From an uncultured Flavonifractor sp. (lineage in GTDB: Bacteria > Bacillota > Clostridia > Oscillospirales > Oscillospiraceae), in contig NZ_CALXFV010000040.1 in the NCBI RefSeq assembly GCF_944387675.1, positions 1-18,174 of the forward strand: a stretch of DNA of 18,174 nucleotides, read 5' to 3'. The notes below the pieces were generated by a model, which saw nothing but the letters and a program-made list of their open reading frames with translations, was not told where the DNA came from and did not search any database. Shown here piece after piece: positions 15,678 through 18,174 of this stretch. Within the stretch, counting starts at the first letter, position 1; each line of letters opens with the position of its first letter. The position numbers were made by a program, and so were the translations under genes.

Positions 15678-16406
15678 ATGCTGACACCGCAGGAAGTTTC
15701 TGAGCACGCCTTTGCCAAGGCGTCTTTCGGCGGATACAACATGGCCATGGTGGACGAGTTTCTGGACATCCTGACGGCGGACTACACCACGCTGTACAAG
15801 GAGAACGCCACCCTGAAGGCCAAGATGAAGGTGCTGGTGGAGAAGGTGGAGGAGTACCGCTCCACCGAGGACGCTATGCGCAAGGCCCTGCTCACCGCCC
15901 AGAAGATGGCGGACGACCTGGTGGCCGAGGCCGAGCAGAAGCGCAACAAGCTGCTGCAAACCGCGGAGGAGGACGCCAAAGCCCGCATCGGCCAGATTCA
16001 GCAGGAGATCCGGGACGAGCAGCTGCGCCTGGCCGCGGCCCAGAACGCCACCGCCGCCTATGTGGCCAAGCTGAAGGAGCTTTACCAGCATGAGATGGAC
16101 TATCTCGGCGGCCTGTCCTCCCTCACCGCCCCGGTGGAGAAGCCCGACCCGGTGGCCTCCGCGGTGAAGGACATTGAGGAGAATGTGGAGCGGCTGGTCC
16201 GCCAGGAGGAAACCGCCCGGCCGGAGCAGCCGTCCCAGGCGGAGGAGAGCCAGCCGGAGGGCCAGGGCGGGCTGTACGCCGAGCTGATGGAGCTCAGCCG
16301 CAGCGGCGGGGACCAGGCCGGACAGGAGGAGGACGAGGCGGAGGAACCCACCCGCCGCATCGACTTCGACCATTTGCAGTTCGGCAAGGACTACGAAATC
16401 CGGTAA
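15678..16406 (+). CDS. divIVA: DivIVA domain-containing cell division/polarity protein
   Basis: 242 aa. N-terminal DivIVA lipid-binding domain (MLTPQEV..F..ASFGGYNMAMVDEFLD), a long coiled coil and an acidic low-complexity tail. Confidence 0.9.
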   Translation: MLTPQEVSEHAFAKASFGGYNMAMVDEFLDILTADYTTLYKENATLKAKMKVLVEKVEEYRSTEDAMRKALLTAQKMADDLVAEAEQKRNKLLQTAEEDAKARIGQIQQEIRDEQLRLAAAQNATAAYVAKLKELYQHEMDYLGGLSSLTAPVEKPDPVASAVKDIEENVERLVRQEETARPEQPSQAEESQPEGQGGLYAELMELSRSGGDQAGQEEDEAEEPTRRIDFDHLQFGKDYEIR

Positions 16407-16412
16407 ATCCCC

Positions 16413-16441
16413 TTGACAGAACCCCTGCAAACGGGTAAGAT
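16413..16441 (+). promoter_or_regulatory. Candidate ileS leader promoter
   Basis: TTGACA (16413-16418), 17-nt spacer, TAAGAT (16436-16441), immediately after the divIVA stop. Confidence 0.35.
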
Positions 16442-16472
16442 ACTGGGAGACGTCATTTTGGCGTCTCCCAGT
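16442..16472 (+). other. 11-bp perfect hairpin between divIVA and the T-box (weak terminator or 5' structure)
   Basis: ACTGGGAGACG (16442-16452) / CGTCTCCCAGT (16462-16472) with a 9-nt loop. A T5 run follows only after a 5-nt gap (GGATTTTT). Confidence 0.4.
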
Positions 16473-16490
16473 GGATTTTTCATCAGAAAA

Positions 16491-16723
16491 CGCTGTGATG
16501 AGGACAAGTACCCATCCCGCCCCTGCACAGAGAGCCGCCGTTTGGTGCAAGGCGGACAGGAGGGCTGGGGAAGATCACCTCGGAGCGGGCCGCCGAACAC
16601 AGTAAGCGGCCACGGCTGGCCCCGTTACCGGCCATCGAGCGGTCCCGGCCCGTCCGGGACAACGAGAGTGGTACCGCAGAGGTGTGCGCCTTTGTCTCTT
16701 GGGAGACAGGGGCGTTTTTATTT
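16491..16723 (+). promoter_or_regulatory. T-box riboswitch leader, isoleucine specifier (AUC)
   Basis: GA/K-turn UGAUGAGG (16496-16503). AG bay CAGAGAG (16528-16534). Distal stem CCGCC/GGCGG with loop GUUUGGUGCAA. Specifier context GAAG-AUC-A (codon 16574-16576). F-box CCGUUA (16622-16627). Stem III GTCCCGG/CCGGGAC. T-box AGAGUGGUACCGCAGAGG (16665-16682), then the terminator. It sits directly upstream of ileS. Confidence 0.87.
16687..16723 (+). terminator. T-box expression-platform intrinsic terminator
   Basis: 12-bp stem CGCCTTTGTCTC (16687-16698) / GAGACAGGGGCG (16703-16714, two G-U pairs) with loop TTGG, followed by TTTTTATTT. Confidence 0.85.
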
Positions 16724-16761
16724 GCCCGACCAACAAAACCAGAACAAAAGGAGAACCACCC

Positions 16762-18174
16762 ATGGATTACAACCAGACCGTCCATCTGCCCCAGACCGAC
16801 TTTCCCATGCGGGCGGGGCTGCCCAAGCGGGAGCCGGACATGCTCCGGGAGATGCAGGACCACGACCTGTACCACAAGATGGTAGCGCGCAACGAGGGCA
16901 AGCCCAGCTACGTCCTCCACGACGGCCCCCCCTATGCCAACGGCAACATCCACATCGGCACCGCCCTGAACAAGATCCTCAAGGACATGATCGTGAAGCA
17001 CCGGAACATGACCGGCCACTACGCCCCCTATGTCCCCGGCTGGGACACCCACGGCCTGCCCATCGAGTCCGCCGTGCTCAAGGACAAGAAGGTACGCCGG
17101 GACGAGCTGACCACCGCCCAGTTCCGCACCAAGTGCCGGGAGTACGCCGAGGGCTATATCGCCAAAATGACCGGGCAGTTCCAGCGCCTGGGCGTGCTGG
17201 GGGAATGGGAGAACCCCTATATCACCCTGCTGCCCGAGTTTGAGGCCAGGCAGATCGAGGTCTTTGGCAAGATGGCGGAGAAGGGCCTCATCTACAAGGG
17301 CATGAAGCCGGTGTACTGGTGTCCCGCCGACCAGACCGCCCTGGCCGAGGCGGAGATCGAGTACGCCGACGACCCCTGCACCACCATCTTTGTGAAATTC
17401 CCCGTCCAGGACGACAAGGGCAAGCTGGGCCAGTACGCCGACCTGAAAAAAACCTTCTTCGTGATCTGGACCACCACCCCCTGGACCATCCCCGGCAACT
17501 TCGCCATCTGCCTGAACGCGGAGTTTGACTACGTGCTTCTCCAGGTTCCCGGCGGGGACGTATACGTGCTGGCCAAGGACCTGGCCGAGAGCGTGTGCCA
17601 GGCTGCCCACATTGACTTCGGGGCCTGCGCCGTGCTGGCCACCCTGAAGGGGTCCGAGTTTGAGCTGATGACCGCCAAGCATCCCCTTTTCGACCGGGAG
17701 AGCGTGATTCTCAACGGCGAGCACGTCACCCTGGACGCCGGCTCCGGCTGCGTCCACACCGCCCCCGGCTTCGGCGCCGAGGACTTCCAGATCTGCCAGC
17801 AGTACGACAAGGCCGGCCTCACCCACATCGGCGTGCCCGTGCCGGTGAACGCCAAGGGCGTCATGACCGACGAGCGCTACAACGGCCAGTTCTACGCCAA
17901 GGGCAACGACATGGTGGTGGAGGACCTGGAGAAGGAAGGCTTCCTGGTGGCCAAGGAGCAGATCACCCACTCCTACCCCCACTGCTGGCGGTGCAAGAAC
18001 CCCATCATCTACCGGGCCACCGAGCAGTGGTTCTGCTCCGTGGACGCCATCAAGGACGCCGCCGTGAAGGCCTGCGACTCCATCCAGTGGAAGCCTGAGT
18101 GGGGCAAGGAGCGGATGATCTCCATGATCTCCGAGCGCTCCGACTGGTGCATCTCCCGCCAGCGGGTGTGGGGC
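16762..18174 (+). CDS. ileS: Isoleucine--tRNA ligase (5' partial, runs off the window)
   Basis: Not in the ORF track because there is no stop in the window. My translation from ATG 16762 gives MDYNQTVHLPQTDFPMRAGLPKREP...LHDGPPYANGNIHIGTALNKILKD (HIGH motif), GWDTHGLPIE, ...HCWRCKNPIIYRATEQWF. AAGGAG lies 8 nt upstream. There are 471 in-frame codons to the window end. Confidence 0.97.
   Translation, partial: MDYNQTVHLPQTDFPMRAGLPKREPDMLREMQDHDLYHKMVARNEGKPSYVLHDGPPYANGNIHIGTALNKILKDMIVKHRNMTGHYAPYVPGWDTHGLPIESAVLKDKKVRRDELTTAQFRTKCREYAEGYIAKMTGQFQRLGVLGEWENPYITLLPEFEARQIEVFGKMAEKGLIYKGMKPVYWCPADQTALAEAEIEYADDPCTTIFVKFPVQDDKGKLGQYADLKKTFFVIWTTTPWTIPGNFAICLNAEFDYVLLQVPGGDVYVLAKDLAESVCQAAHIDFGACAVLATLKGSEFELMTAKHPLFDRESVILNGEHVTLDAGSGCVHTAPGFGAEDFQICQQYDKAGLTHIGVPVPVNAKGVMTDERYNGQFYAKGNDMVVEDLEKEGFLVAKEQITHSYPHCWRCKNPIIYRATEQWFCSVDAIKDAAVKACDSIQWKPEWGKERMISMISERSDWCISRQRVWG

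Noticed and set aside
16413-17243. 276-aa plus-strand ORF starting in the divIVA-ileS spacer
   Set aside because: It reads through the T-box leader and terminator, then runs out of frame over ileS. The product is Pro/Arg/Gly-rich. The ileS frame (ATG 16762) has the HIGH motif and the full IleRS signature.
15036-17982. 504-aa (15036-16550) and 499-aa (16483-17982) minus-strand ORFs
   Set aside because: Antisense to sepF/divIVA/T-box and to ileS respectively. Both are low complexity, and they would run through a well-supported riboswitch and terminator.
1-18174. Search for CRISPR repeats, IS/transposase or integrase genes, tRNA/rRNA, toxin-antitoxin pairs or defence-system genes
   Set aside because: None seen. 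There are no long repeated units, no terminal inverted repeats flanking a gene and no compositional island at gene scale. All sizeable ORFs are accounted for by housekeeping families.

Overview
Core-chromosome window from a high-G+C Firmicute, probably Clostridia-like. Support: a T-box leader, SepF/DivIVA, a HemZ-type radical SAM gene, an endonuclease-type MutL, and GC3-rich codons that create long spurious antisense ORFs. Two divergently transcribed blocks meet at a promoter region at 5826-5978. The minus block (5825 down to 242) holds an alanine-racemase-fold protein, dtd, an MBL hydrolase, a hemZ-like radical SAM gene, a P-loop nucleoside-kinase-like gene (ATGA overlap with hemZ) and an Mrp/NBP35 Fe-S carrier ATPase. 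The plus block (5979 to 18174) holds miaB, mutS, a CPBP intramembrane protease, mutL, hfq, a HlyD-like membrane-fusion protein, yggS, sepF, divIVA, an Ile-specific T-box leader and the first 471 codons of ileS. I found no rRNA/tRNA, CRISPR array, transposase/integrase or recognisable defence gene. I do not see a convincing novel multi-gene system; the window is mostly housekeeping. Four observations are most worth follow-up. (i) At the left 240 bp, four exactly phased TTCACA-N5 repeats (Pho-box-like), a -10-like hexamer, a 25-nt all-pyrimidine tract and a strong terminator together look like a regulated small RNA on the minus strand. (ii) An alanine-racemase-fold protein heads the dtd operon but seems to lack both catalytic residues. 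(iii) A sharply AT-rich patch inside yggS carries a near-consensus promoter aimed at sepF-divIVA. (iv) Conserved synteny is interrupted: CPBP sits between mutS and mutL, the HlyD-like gene has no transporter partner, and miaA is absent.
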